From Mitosporidium daphniae (Eukaryota), in NCBI RefSeq assembly GCF_000760515.2, contig NW_013546667.1, positions 1 through 64,000 of the forward strand: a DNA stretch of 64,000 nucleotides. Reading direction: 5' to 3'. Under the pieces are notes generated by a model. That model searched no databases. It saw only the letters and a list, made by a program, of their open reading frames with translations, and was not told where the DNA came from. This document shows, one piece after another, positions 24,286 to 36,240 of the stretch; positions within the stretch are counted from its first letter, which is position 1, and every line of letters starts with the position of its first letter. Both the position numbers and the translations under genes were made by a program.

Positions 24286-25440
24286 CTAGCGAGTGACATT
24301 GAACTTTTTGATGCGAGCAAGCAAGGCCTTAGCTTCTGCATTGGTCTCAAAATGTTCTCGTATTGGGCTAAGAAGCTCGTTGATTCGGAGGGCCAAGTAT
24401 GTCTTGACATCTTTTGGCGTAATGATGTCTGCCTTAAAGTCCGACTCGAAATCGGCGTAGCTGCGATATTCTTTGAAAAATTCCTTGTTTTCCTTATCTT
24501 TTCCGCTAATAACAACTACTGGGGTCAGCGGAAAAACAATGGTTTTGTAGTAGTCAAGAACGGGGTTTTTTTCGACCACGCCATATGGGCAAAATGCCTT
24601 CTTGATCTTTGAGTTAACATCCTCGGGAGAATCTTCCATAAAGATCGCCGATCCAGGGACGGACTTGGACATTTTTTCCTGGCCTTCGCCGAGCCCCAGC
24701 ATCATGTGATGAGATAGAATAATTGGTTTTTTGATCTGACCACGGCTCTTCTGGGAATCACAATATTCCCTTGCAAGCATATTTACTTTTCGTTGATCCA
24801 TACCGAGCTGGCAAATATCGGCCTTCAAGAAGAAAATGTCTGCACACTGCATAACGGGGTAAAAGATTTGGGAGGCACACAGGTCATCTGATTCTGAGCG
24901 ACCCATGATCTGGGTGCACCTCATCACCCTTTTTAGAGAATTTTTCCTTCCAATGTCAAAGACCAAAGACCAATATTCATCTGGGCGCTTCAAAATTTCT
25001 TCAGAAGACCAGAGAAACTTTACAGAATCCATGCACATTCCAGCGGCCTTCCAAACCTCGATCATGTAGCGGCCGACATCCTGGATTTTGCCGAGATCCC
25101 CGTCAAGTTTATTGTTGAGCAGAGCAAACCAGTCCGCAACCCAAAAGACGAAATTGACGCCGCATTTTGCCAATTTATTGACGATGATTGTTTTTAACAG
25201 CCCCTAATGTTAGCATAGCCAATTTTCTACTTGAGCAATGTGCATTCGCCCGGACGGTTCGAAACCGTCATATGCGGTGAGCGGGCCTTTAGAGGAGCTA
25301 AAAAGCTTCAAAAGCTCATCTTCCTGGATGATCTCCTCTGCAAATGACTTGCACAGCTCGATTTTCTGCTCCGGACTCAACTCGCATGGATTGATGGAAA
25401 TATTCAGCGTGGATTCGGTTAATTTGCTAAGATGGTCCAT
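24286..25440 (-). CDS. TYS1: Tyrosyl-tRNA synthetase (YDGFEPSG type)
   Basis: AYDGFEPSGRMHIAQG, ADWFALLNNK, YPVMQCADIF, LGMDQRKV and KMSKS; 1 intron. Confidence 0.95.
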
Positions 25441-25582
25441 AATCAATTATGAAAAATAAATTTGGGGTGCAAATCTTTATTATTAAAAGCTCGCGTGACT
25501 CGCTACTATCTATGGTTCCGTGGACGGTTGCCTAACAATGGCCCATAATCTGGTGGCCCGATTCGTATTTTACAGTTTATTT

Positions 25583-26392
25583 TCAATTTGTCGACAGCGA
25601 CGAAACCATTGAATTGATCTTGGCCTGTAGATTGATTAACATAACCTTGACCCTTTCCTGGTCTCCATTATTGCATTGCAGCAGCGTCGACAACAGCACG
25701 GTATCTTCCTTCTGGTCATCCAATTCAACAGCTAAAATTAACTTTTCACAAATTCCCTACTATATTCCTTTGGCTTGCGTTGGGTATGAGCTGGCCTCCC
25801 TCTTTTTGCCAATGGCGTATCTAGCCCCTGGGCATCGAACCCATGTTTTGCCTGTACATTGCCCTCAATGGTCGAAATGCCAAATCGGATGCAGCCGGCC
25901 GTTGCCGACATTGTGATTTTAGTGTTTGGGGTTTTTAACACCTCTGCCTTGCGCGGGGTTTGCATTGCGACTTCCTGGTGGCGGTGGTCGCTTTTTGGTT
26001 CTTCAGAACTGCCAAATGGCATTAGCAGATTTTTACTATTGCGTTAATGTGGGCACGACATACTGTAACATTGATGGCAAAATAATATGCCTGAGATCGT
26101 CCGAAAATACGCCTGCAGACAAATCGAATAAATCGCATATCCGGACGTCCAATAGAGAATCCTCGCATGCCTCCTTAAACTGGAATAACAAGCTTGTCAC
26201 CACGGCCGAAAAGGCAGCTCGCATGGAGATGTGGTTCTGCTGCGGTGTATTTGCAGCAATCTCCAAAGGCGGTTTGGGGGTAATATTTGGAATGGGATTC
26301 TTCTTTTGCCTGATAAGCGGTGTTTTTGTGTCATTAAGTGTCCTAGATGCTGTTTGGCGAAACCGAGTCGACATGATTGGAGTCACATCCAT
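25583..26392 (-). CDS. Hypothetical TP-rich protein (weakly borealin/Nbl1-like)
   Basis: Three short GT-AG introns join ORF pieces into one frame; many TP sites; family assignment is tentative. Confidence 0.5.
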
Positions 26393-26489
26393 AGGTAGCG
26401 GCGTATCGAGGATCCACGGCAATTTGGAATCCCGCTTGAGAAATAAAATTTCCGGGAAAAATTACAATTTAAAAACGGGATGCCACAAT

Positions 26490-29400
26490 TTATTTGGAGG
26501 TCGTCTTCCATTTTGGCTCAACCTTAGAAAAGAGTCTTTTCGATGTCACTTCGATAACAAAACAAATGAAAAAGTCGGAGATCATTAAAAATAACAATTT
26601 GGCCGAAAATCCAGGTGGAAATGGGACGATCTGCATCATTTCGTTCATGTCGGGAAAGATTTCGGCGGCCGAAACCAAAACAAAAGAACCGACGGCGAAA
26701 AGCGATTTTTTGAGCCCGCCATTATCGAGCATTGATTCTCTAAAGGGCGGTCCTTGATAGTTGATTGCAAATGTTGACACTTGCATTAGTAAACTCAACA
26801 GATAAATAGAGGAATTCATCAAAGATGGAGTGAACGTATAGTCTTCCGAATGGAGCAGCGGTTTTTCTGGACTATAGATGCGGATACACTGGTCCAAATA
26901 GATCAGAGCAAAGCAGTGGACCGCAAACTGGCCAATAATGGAAGTGATCGAGTATACGGTAAAAATGGTAGAAGCAGGCCTCTCTTTACTCAACGTAGAC
27001 AGAGGCTTTGATCGGGATAAAAAAAAGAAGCAGGACGACAAAAGTAGGCCAGAGATGGTCAATTGGAAATCTCCGAGCCGCACCCCGGCATTATGTAGAA
27101 CAGAAAGGGAATATGCTGTGATCAGAGAATTCAAAGCAAGAATCTTGTACATTTGAAAGGTGGCCGCAAGCGTGGCACGGCCTTGTTTGAGGACATGGCA
27201 AACCGATTCTAGGGTCCCGATTTTCGAGGTAAACGGCGCGGCAACCGAGGCATCGCCAAACTGAAGCATGGGAACCTCTTCTTCGTCGTCATTGACCAGA
27301 TTTGCAAAGTTTCTGTCATTGGCCTGTAATTTGGCAATCTGTGCCTCCGATATGCCCATTCGTCGAAGGTCTTCGTAACGACGCTTAATGGCCATTTTCC
27401 GTTGATTTTGCGCGATCTTTTCCAAATCTTCTGCAGTGCCGTCCAACAAAGCCACGCCTAGCGAAATTGTCAAAAAAAACACACGAACCAATATGCGCCT
27501 GCTTGAGCGCGCCAACATCGTTGGTACCATCCCCGCACATCAAAGTAGACCAGCCGAGAGCCTTGAACAGCCGCAAAATGTCTTCCTATGATGATGATGT
27601 AAACCCTCCTCACAACTGGTTACCTTGTTGGAAGGCGAAAACCGGGCACAAACGGTAATTCTCTTGACAAGCCATGATTGCAGCCACTGGGGACACCGCA
27701 AAGACAAAACCTCAAAGGCTGGCCCCGTTATTGCAATGCGAAACTTTGACAAACCTGGCGAAGATAAAAACGAAATTAGCTGCTCGTCATCAGAAAAGAC
27801 AGAGTTCGATTTCGAATGCAAGTTAGAAACGGCAATGGAGCGCTGTTTTTCGTCCCCGCTCTCTTCAACATCACAATCGAGCAGCAAATACGTGGGTTTT
27901 TCAGACGTGCAAGAGGAGCTATCATCGGCATCCTCCTGTCCAAACTGAAGCTTTTTCGCAACATGGATAGCCGTCAGCGCATGATCCCCGGTGATCATGA
28001 CATTTTTGTGATGCGAAGCAGATAGCTTTGCAATCACTTCGCATGCTTCCTTTTTCATTGAGGCGCCAAATATCAAAAAGCCAGCAAAAGTGAGTCCCGA
28101 TTCAGCAGACACACGATCAAGGTCCTTTCCCTTGATTCCAAGGCATTTAAATGCCAAGGCGATGATCCGACAGCCTTCGGACGCATATTGCTCGGCAACA
28201 TCAAAGAACCATGTGGGCGGGTCAACCAAAAGGGGATAAATAGACTCTGGAGCGCCTTTACACGTGACAAAGCGTGTTCTATTTTGCACTTCCGGTAGGG
28301 CCGATGAAATGGTTTTCGAAGTTTGCTCGATCTCAACCATCACAGACATTCGTTTCAAAGAAGGCGAAAATGCAAACCGTTTCATGATTGCCAACAGGGC
28401 CGGAAGATTGGCAACTTTTTCCACAATTTTACTGCTACCTTTAGTTGAAGACAAGGACCATGGAATCGAATCCAACGCAGCAACCTCCAATGGGTCTCCA
28501 GCAGCGGTGTTGTTCAACAACACTAAAGAATGACACGATGCAATCACCAATTGAGCAGTTCCTGGGATTTCACCCGGATCCTTTATCAGAGCACATGGGG
28601 TTGACTTTTTTTTGCCAGAATCGATGCCTGTAATCCCGATGAATTCGAGATGGCTTTGAGTAAGCGTACCGGTTTTATCAAAGCAACACACATCAATTGA
28701 CCCCGCAATGGGCAGTCTGAATGGTTCTGTGCAAAAGATGGACAATTTTGAGAGAGCAAGAAGCGAAGCATTGATGGCCATGGAAAGCTCCATGGGGAGC
28801 TCAGGGGGTACCACCGATGTGATGATCAGCAGACATTGCACCAATAAACGCCAGCGAGATCGATCTGGATCCTCCGTCAATGCCGCATTCCAAACGTAAA
28901 TGGCAGCAACAATGGCAAAAAAAAGCAGAAACAAAATGAAATATCCGGCTTCGGCATTATTGGCACTAATCCGCTCCCGGCCGAGGCACATGGTTCGAAC
29001 AAGCTTTCCTTGAGTTGTTAGAAATCCCGTTCGGACCACAAGGGCAATCAGGGCAATCCCCTGCGGCACCTCACCATATGCAAGGTTAAGATCTTTTGGT
29101 TAAAAACAATAGGTTACCATTCTCGGTTGCGGAGTTCGAGGTAATTTGAAGGATTTTGGTACCGCCAAAAATGGCACTTGTTTTAAATGCCGACTTGAAA
29201 GAAATCGATTTTTTCCGTTTTATCTCGTCCATCACGGCAGCCGAAATTTCCATACTCTCCTTCATACAAGGGGTACTTTCACCAGACAACAGTGCCTCGT
29301 TGACAATACAAGAGCCATACAAGATAAGCATATCGGCAGGGACCGATAAAACATCACCAAACTCGCTAGGTACTACAACATGAAAAGGGTGTCACTTACA

Positions 29401-30234
29401 TCCGATGATGTCGCCTGGTAATAAATCTTCTGAGGAAACGCCAGACACCCATTGATTACACCGCAGAACAAGACAGGATTGCGGTGGAGGTGCCATGCCT
29501 CTAATTTCATTCATATTTTTCAAACGCTGGAACACCACTGTTGCCTCGAAAATAAAGAGCATCGCAAGTATCATCAAGGAGTGATACCAGTAAGTATCCA
29601 AAATCCACAGTCCCACACATACCAACTGAAAAACAAAAAAGGGCGCAATTACGTGCTCTTTCATCAGCGACATAAAAGACGGAATTGGAATGGTCAACGA
29701 ATTTTTTCCGAAAACCTGTTTAAGGAAACGGATCACATTTTCCGACTCATTTCCGCAAGTAAGAGACTTTGGATGTTGGCAATCGCGATCGTCATGGTGA
29801 AGAGAAGAAAGCCATTTTGCTTTGATGAAGGTTTGTCCATCAAAGCACAAGAAACGCGCCTCTAAATGGGTGAAAGAAAAGTACTTTCTTCCAGCCGAAT
29901 CGGAATGTTGTAAAATCGGAACAATTGCAACGGGTGACAAAAAGGACTCCAAGTAAATATGTGTGGCATCTTCAATACATTGCGATCTTTTAAATGCATT
30001 GAAAGAATTGACGAAAAGCGACCAGTGATATGCGATCAGATAGGCCAGTGCATGAAATGCTCCAATCGCAGACAGAAGGATAATGGAAATGTCTCCAAAA
30101 GAAGACTGGGCCATCACTTCATATGAAATCCAGAAAACATACAATGGTATCCAAAACACAAATATCAGATGCTGCTGCACAGGCCGAGCTCGTAGTAACT
30201 TCCATTTGACGTAGGACTTTGAGGCTATCTTCAT
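26490..30234 (-). CDS. SPF1: P5A-type ATPase (Spf1/ATP13A1)
   Basis: [20 protein letters not shown] and [14 protein letters not shown]; 4 introns. Confidence 0.96.
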
Positions 30235-30387
30235 CAAAGTTGTAAAATCAAAAATGTATGCAATTTAGCCTTTAAAAGTTCGGTTTATCCCTCGCCAGGC
30301 CAAAGTTCCAAATAAAATTTAAATTTTAAATTCGATTGGCCCCTTCTGAAGCAATGATAAACTTGTTTTTGTGGAAAGTCATCATTG

Positions 30388-32102
30388 ATGCTATCGCTCT
30401 CGCCAAAGCCAAACATGCGGCATCCAGATCAGCCGTTCGATTTAGAAAAGTATCTTTTCATCAGGGAAATAGGAAGGGGGTCTTTTTCTACCGTATACCT
30501 TGCAACGAGGATAAACCCGGCTTCGGACAGAGATGAAGACAAATTTGTCGCAATCAAAGTTGTGCAGCGGCGTAAAATCACCAAAAAGCTGGAATTTCAT
30601 TTGCGGCAGGAGATTTCGATATTGAAAAAACTGAATGACGTTCAGAGCGAGGTTGAAGACCGCCATTCCAGCCCTTCTTCTGAAAATATCATCAAGTTCT
30701 ATGAGATGATCAAATGTAAAGCGGTGATTTGTATTGTCATGGAGTGGTGTCAGTCCGGGGATTTGTCCTCAATTCTTTTAGAGCAGAAGCAATGGGACAG
30801 GGAACACGCGACACATCTACATGCCCTCCAAAGGAAACCAGATCTCGTAAACGCTTCCGACTTGAAGCCCCTGCAAAAGGCCTTACTGCCTCCGCTCTAT
30901 TGGACCAGAGAGGCTAATGTGAAAGACTTGATCGTGCAATTAGGTATCTTTACTGCTTTCCAATTGTAGCCAATGCTCTAAAAGCACTGCGATATTTGGG
31001 ACTCGTTCACAGGGACATCAAGCCGCAGAATTTATTGTTTGTCAAGTGTGAGCATTTGCCATCCCTTTCTTTGAACCAAGAGAGCGGTGGACCCTGTACC
31101 TCTTTCAACCAGTATTTGCTCAAGGTTGCCGACTTTGGCTTTGCTCGGCATATGAATCCACTTGACATGGCCGACACGATGTGTGGCTCGCCACTCTATA
31201 TGGCTCCAGAAATCCTTCAAAATGAAAGATACGATGCAAAGGCCGATCTTTGGAGTGTCGGCTGTATTATGTTCGAATTGCTTTTCGCAAGAGGGCCCCC
31301 GTTTCGGGCTCCCAATCATTTTGCGCTTGCAAAGAAATACCAAGATCCGGAATTGGTTAGCAGGCTCTTTTATAAACTGGCTAAAGAGGGAGCTCCAGAT
31401 ATCTGGACAAGCTTGTCTGAGGAATGCATATCTTTACTCAAGGGGCTGCTTACCGTGGATCCTCTTAAGCGCATTTCATTTGAGGATTTCTTTTCTCACA
31501 AATGGCTCACTTTATCGCCTTCAGTTAGCCTGGTAAAAAAGACCGAAAATGCTGATAACATGCGGCCGCATCTTCGCGTTGTTGAATATTTCGACAGCAC
31601 TTTGAGCTCGCTTATTGAGGTTGTTCACATGGATCCGCTAGCTGCAGGGTCCAAATCAATTTCAGATAGGGCTTTAAAATCGAACATTGATTCTGTTTCT
31701 GCCTTGAGGCTTTTCCCGTCCTTTCTCCATCACAGACGCATCCACAACCGGATCCTTTATAGCATTCAGGTATTTCTGGTCAAACTTAGACGAAACTTTA
31801 TTTCTGTCACGCATTTTCAGTTTATCGTTCACATGCTTTCTGCGATCGAGGATATCCTTCAAGTGTCTGCCTTGCTTTCATATTCGGAAATCTTCAATAA
31901 GGGCCGGTATCTATTTTTGCAATATTTAAGGCTTGCTGATGGCTCCGAATCATCTATCAGGCAATCCAAACAGTCTAATAATATACCCGTTGAATCAATT
32001 TTTAATGAACTCCTGTACGAAATCCATGTGTCGCCAGATGATTCGGAGTGGCTGGAATGGTTGAAAATTAAAATTTTTCCGTTAGAAACGAAAATGGCTT
32101 GA
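30388..32102 (+). CDS. ATG1: Atg1/ULK-family Ser/Thr kinase
   Basis: GRGSFSTVY, VAIK, HRDIKPQNLL, ADFGFAR, CGSPLYMAPEIL and YDAKADLWSVG; intron about 30944-30969. Confidence 0.85.
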
Positions 32103-32153
32103 AACGAAATAAAATTTAAGTGGAATTTAACATTTGCATTTTATTTGCAGCTG

Positions 32154-34050
32154 ATGAATAGGACAGCTTTGTTTAGCTCAGCAACTGCTGTAACGGCAAT
32201 TGCTACCGCAGCGGCCCTGGTGATCGGCTATGCCATATATTTTGATTACAAACGCAAACAAGATAAAGGGCTGCAAAAGCGAATCAAGCAAGAAAAGAAC
32301 ATTGAAGCACACAAGCAAAAGAAAAAGACCGCAAAGGAAGGAAAAAGCAAAGGCAACAGCAAAAGCAAATCTCCCCAAAATGTGCTTTCCTCAAGCTCGA
32401 TTATTGAAATGATCCCAGAAATGGCACTTAGCATTGAGGAAATCTATGCACGGCCGCCTGCCGAGAGAGAGCGCATCTTTTATTCGCTACTTGTCAAGGG
32501 CGAGGAGCTTTTGTCGTTTAAAAGCGACGAGCCAAACCTGTCAAATTCATATACCGAAGCAGCGGTGGAATTATTTTTCAAGGCTATTAAAATGATCCCT
32601 AACCCTACCGAGCTTCTTGTTTCGCTTCGGCAGGTTCTTCCGAAGCCTGTTTTTAACGCACTTACCAAGCTCATCACAGAAGATGGCTTGAAGAGAATCG
32701 TTTCCTACTTCAAGTCGATAATTCCAACAAATTCGCCGATCACAATTGCTCCGAAGAAGCTCATTTTGGCTAATGGAGAGATTGAACAGACGTGGGCCAT
32801 TTTTGCAACGAAGGATATCGAAGCAGGAACGGTCCTTTATGAGGAGAAGCCCGATGCTGCCTCATTGTATTTGCAATACACATCCAGTGGCAAGTTTTGC
32901 GACTTTTGCTTTAAAACTCTGGACCTTTCGCAAGTGGCATGTGACAAATGCCGTTGTTCATTGTACTGTTCAGAAGCCTGTCTGGTTTCAGCCAGGAAAT
33001 CGCACCACTCTAGCATTTGTGGAAATGAGGCGTTTGGCCGCTTGCTTGACATAGCTAAAAGGGAACACAGCGAGTATTCTCTGCTTGTCGCCAGATACCT
33101 TTCGGTGTTATGTTTTGAAGAAAAGGAAATTAAAGAGCAAAGAGAGCTTTCTAAAGAACCGCTCGCAGATAAAACGACGACGTCATCTCATTTCGAATTT
33201 ATGAAGCCCTTGTTGCTGCCTGTTCTCCCATCGGACGACAACATTGCCACATGTTTGAAGTCGCTATTTTCCGGCATTTCTCCCGACATTTTCGAACGTA
33301 CTTTTAAGTTTGCTTATTTTAGATTTGGACGACAATCGCTACTCTTCCATTAAGGGCACGCTTCTTTTCAATAGCATTGGCATTCCCCTTCCCGCGGGAT
33401 TTGACGATCAAGTCGATGCTAGCGTTGAATCTCCGGCCGCAAAAATACCCGATTTTTCACCCGCATTGTCTGATTTGAAGGAAAATTCCCTCTTGCAAAG
33501 TAATGATAACGCATCAACAAAAAGCGAGCATCAAAACAAGGGTGAAAAATTGCCAGCTCTTGCCGCACAAAAGGATGCCGACGAAGACGAATCATCCTGG
33601 GTCGACGAGTCGATTTCGACATCTTCCCCGGTAATCTTTGACTCGCCCGTTGTCGAAAGCATCAGCAACAACTCGTCCTCTTCTGATGATAATCAGGCCG
33701 AGCATTCGGTTGGTTCTGCCCAATCTTCGTCATCTATCTCAATCAATCAGCTACTAGAAAGATCAAGAAGCCCTCTCCAAAAATCCAAACTAATCGGACA
33801 CGGGTTATACCACATTTCGGCGCACATGCAGCACTCCTGTGATCCAAACACCTCTTTAGTGTTTCCACACAACAACAATTTCTTGAGAGTCTTTGCATCT
33901 CATCGTATTGAGAAGGGCGATGAGATTTGTATGTCTTACATCCCCTTATCAACCGGAATGTCATCGGCCGCCAGAAGAGCTGCACTTAAAGCCACCTATC
34001 ACATTGATTGCGCGTGTATTCTGTGCGAAGCTGACCTTCCTATGGCATAG
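32154..34050 (+). CDS. TOM20: Tom20 receptor fused to MYND/SET (SMYD-like) domain
   Basis: GYAIYFDYKRK and the Tom20 core (KGEELL, FFKAIK.PNPTELL). Then ATKDIEAG, a MYND Cys cluster, HSCDPN, GDEICMSY and CACILC. One 25-nt intron (33298-33322). Confidence 0.88.
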
Positions 34051-34172
34051 TTATCTTTAATAAATATCCGAAACATCCTAGTGCCTAATTATCAGCATTC
34101 GACGATGAGACACATGTCATTTTCACTGGTTCTATTTTTAAATCAATTCTTTCGCAAGCTTCGTGGGATCCG

Positions 34173-34412
34173 TCATTTATCAGCGCGCGCTAGCTCTGAA
34201 TGCGGAGGCCGCTCCTCTGGCTCCGCTGTTGCCTCCTGGTTGGCAAGGAAACTAGGTTTAATAAACGGGATTTCATACATCAAAGCATGCTTATTGGCTA
34301 AATTTTGGAGTCTATTTGAATTCTCTGCCAAGGTTTGCATCTTTTGGTAAATAGAATATTGCATTGACTGCAATTCAGCAAGCTTTTTTTCAAGAGGCTC
34401 GTAGTTGGGCAT
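34173..34412 (-). CDS. Small coiled-coil hypothetical protein
   Basis: 79-aa ATG ORF that fills a gap between genes and has an amphipathic heptad pattern. Confidence 0.5.
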   Translation of the reverse strand: MPNYEPLEKKLAELQSMQYSIYQKMQTLAENSNRLQNLANKHALMYEIPFIKPSFLANQEATAEPEERPPHSELARADK

Positions 34413-34492
34413 CCTGGCGCTGGGGCAAGGGCAGGGTGATAGCTACGCTAAATTTAAACTTTATTTTTGGCGGATTTGGACCGTAATTTTTA

Positions 34493-36123
34493 ATGCCTGC
34501 TTCGCATCGGCCTTTGGGCTTTGGCGATGACCAGCCATATTTGTGCAAATACTCCGTATTTTGGAGTGAAAAGTGTAAATCGGACGCGAAAAAGAGCTTC
34601 GACTCGAACGATTCCTACATTTCGTTTGCAACGTCCTACTTGATCAAAATTGCCATGCTTTTGAATGAATTTTCTTCGGCCTATTTGTGGAGCATTGGAA
34701 AGTTTAATCTTTGCCTCGATCCAGAATCGTCTGCGTGGGAAAATATTTGCTTGGTTGGAAAATACTTTACATTTTCGCTGATTGACGACGCTAAAATATG
34801 GATCATCATTGTGAAGACCCTTTTGCACGTTTCAAAGGCACTTCCAGAGCTTATCATAAGGTTGGCGTGTTTATCTTTAACCGCTCTAGTGTGCAGGATA
34901 ATTTTTATGGAGATTTGCTATTGGTTACGTGCGGATCTATGCTTCCATCCTGGGTTAAGAGCGACGAAATATCCATGAACAGGACTTTTATTTCGGCTGG
35001 CAAATTCCACTTTATTTCCAAAGAGCTTATTTCGTCAAAAAAAAGGGTCCCACTGAAAGATGCACTGGCCGCTGTTTCCTCTCCAATGACCATTACGTCC
35101 ATGAACAGGGAGATGTGCTCCATTCTGGACAATTTATTAGCCTCCTCTGATGTGTATCTTGATTCTATCCTGCAAAGTGGTAAGCGGTTATATCCCATTG
35201 CTCTTCCAAGGAAAATTGCCGGCATTTTATTAGAAAATCCGTCTCTCATTGCAGTTACATGTGACACCTATAACTCAAATGTCCACAAGGTCTCTGTAAA
35301 AGAATTCTCCAAAATAACAAAGCAACATCAAAGCTACTTTGAGCCGGAGGAACCCGTTAAGGTTCTCCTTCCGTTGACAAAAAAGTGTTTTGCTCTATTA
35401 GACAGCCAACAATTACCTTTATATATTTCGGAAAGTCAAGATTTGTCATCCACGCTGGGGACAAAGCTAGCATGGGGTTACATGATCCTATTGGAATATA
35501 TTGACAAAAATTCAGGCGATTCTAATTTTACTGCCCCCTTTTCAGCTAATATTGAGGAAGCAGTAAAATATGCCCGTCTTCATTTGGATCAACAAGTCTC
35601 AACCAAAGAAGCTCTTGATGCTCTCCGCTATTTGGAGAGCCCTATCATTGTGGATTCCAATTTGATTCAAAAATCCCTTTCAGATGGTAAATTTGCTTGT
35701 TTAAACGAATCTGGTGACATGGAGCTCCAATTATGGGATGCTTTTTCAGAGGATGAACTTCGATCCTTAATATATGGACCCACTCATATGCAAGAGTCTG
35801 TCGCCGAAAATCAAGCAGGCGAAGATGAAGATGGAGATGATTTCTTTTTTACTTCTGACGAGGAAAATTCAGACGGGCTAGATTGCAATCAGGAATATGA
35901 CGAGTTTGAGGTTCTTGATACCCTTCTTCGAGATCCGGAGTTGCTTATGAAGGTTATCGAGAGATATTCGGCATCTGGAGAATCTTCAAAGGATCTCTTA
36001 TCAAAGCTCTCAAAATTGAAAATTGAGCAGGTGCAAGAACATACCCCCTCAGCTGATGAAATACCAAATAGCGAGGATTCTGATTCACAGTTGTCATCAA
36101 ATGACGATGCTTTTTCGGAATAA
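34493..36123 (+). CDS. ECD: Ecdysoneless/SGT1 (ECD) family protein
   Basis: YLW...F.L, LL.VSK..P.L and GDLLLV...LPSWV....NRTFISAGKFH; acidic C-terminus; intron 34861-34889. Confidence 0.8.
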
Positions 36124-36240
36124 ATTAAATTAAATTAAATTGAATGCTTTGTTAAATGCCTCGCTTTCCAGCCAATCACGTTCGGAATAAACTTTCAATA
36201 TAAACTGTGATTAGGTATTTTTTGTTACTAGGAGCCATTA

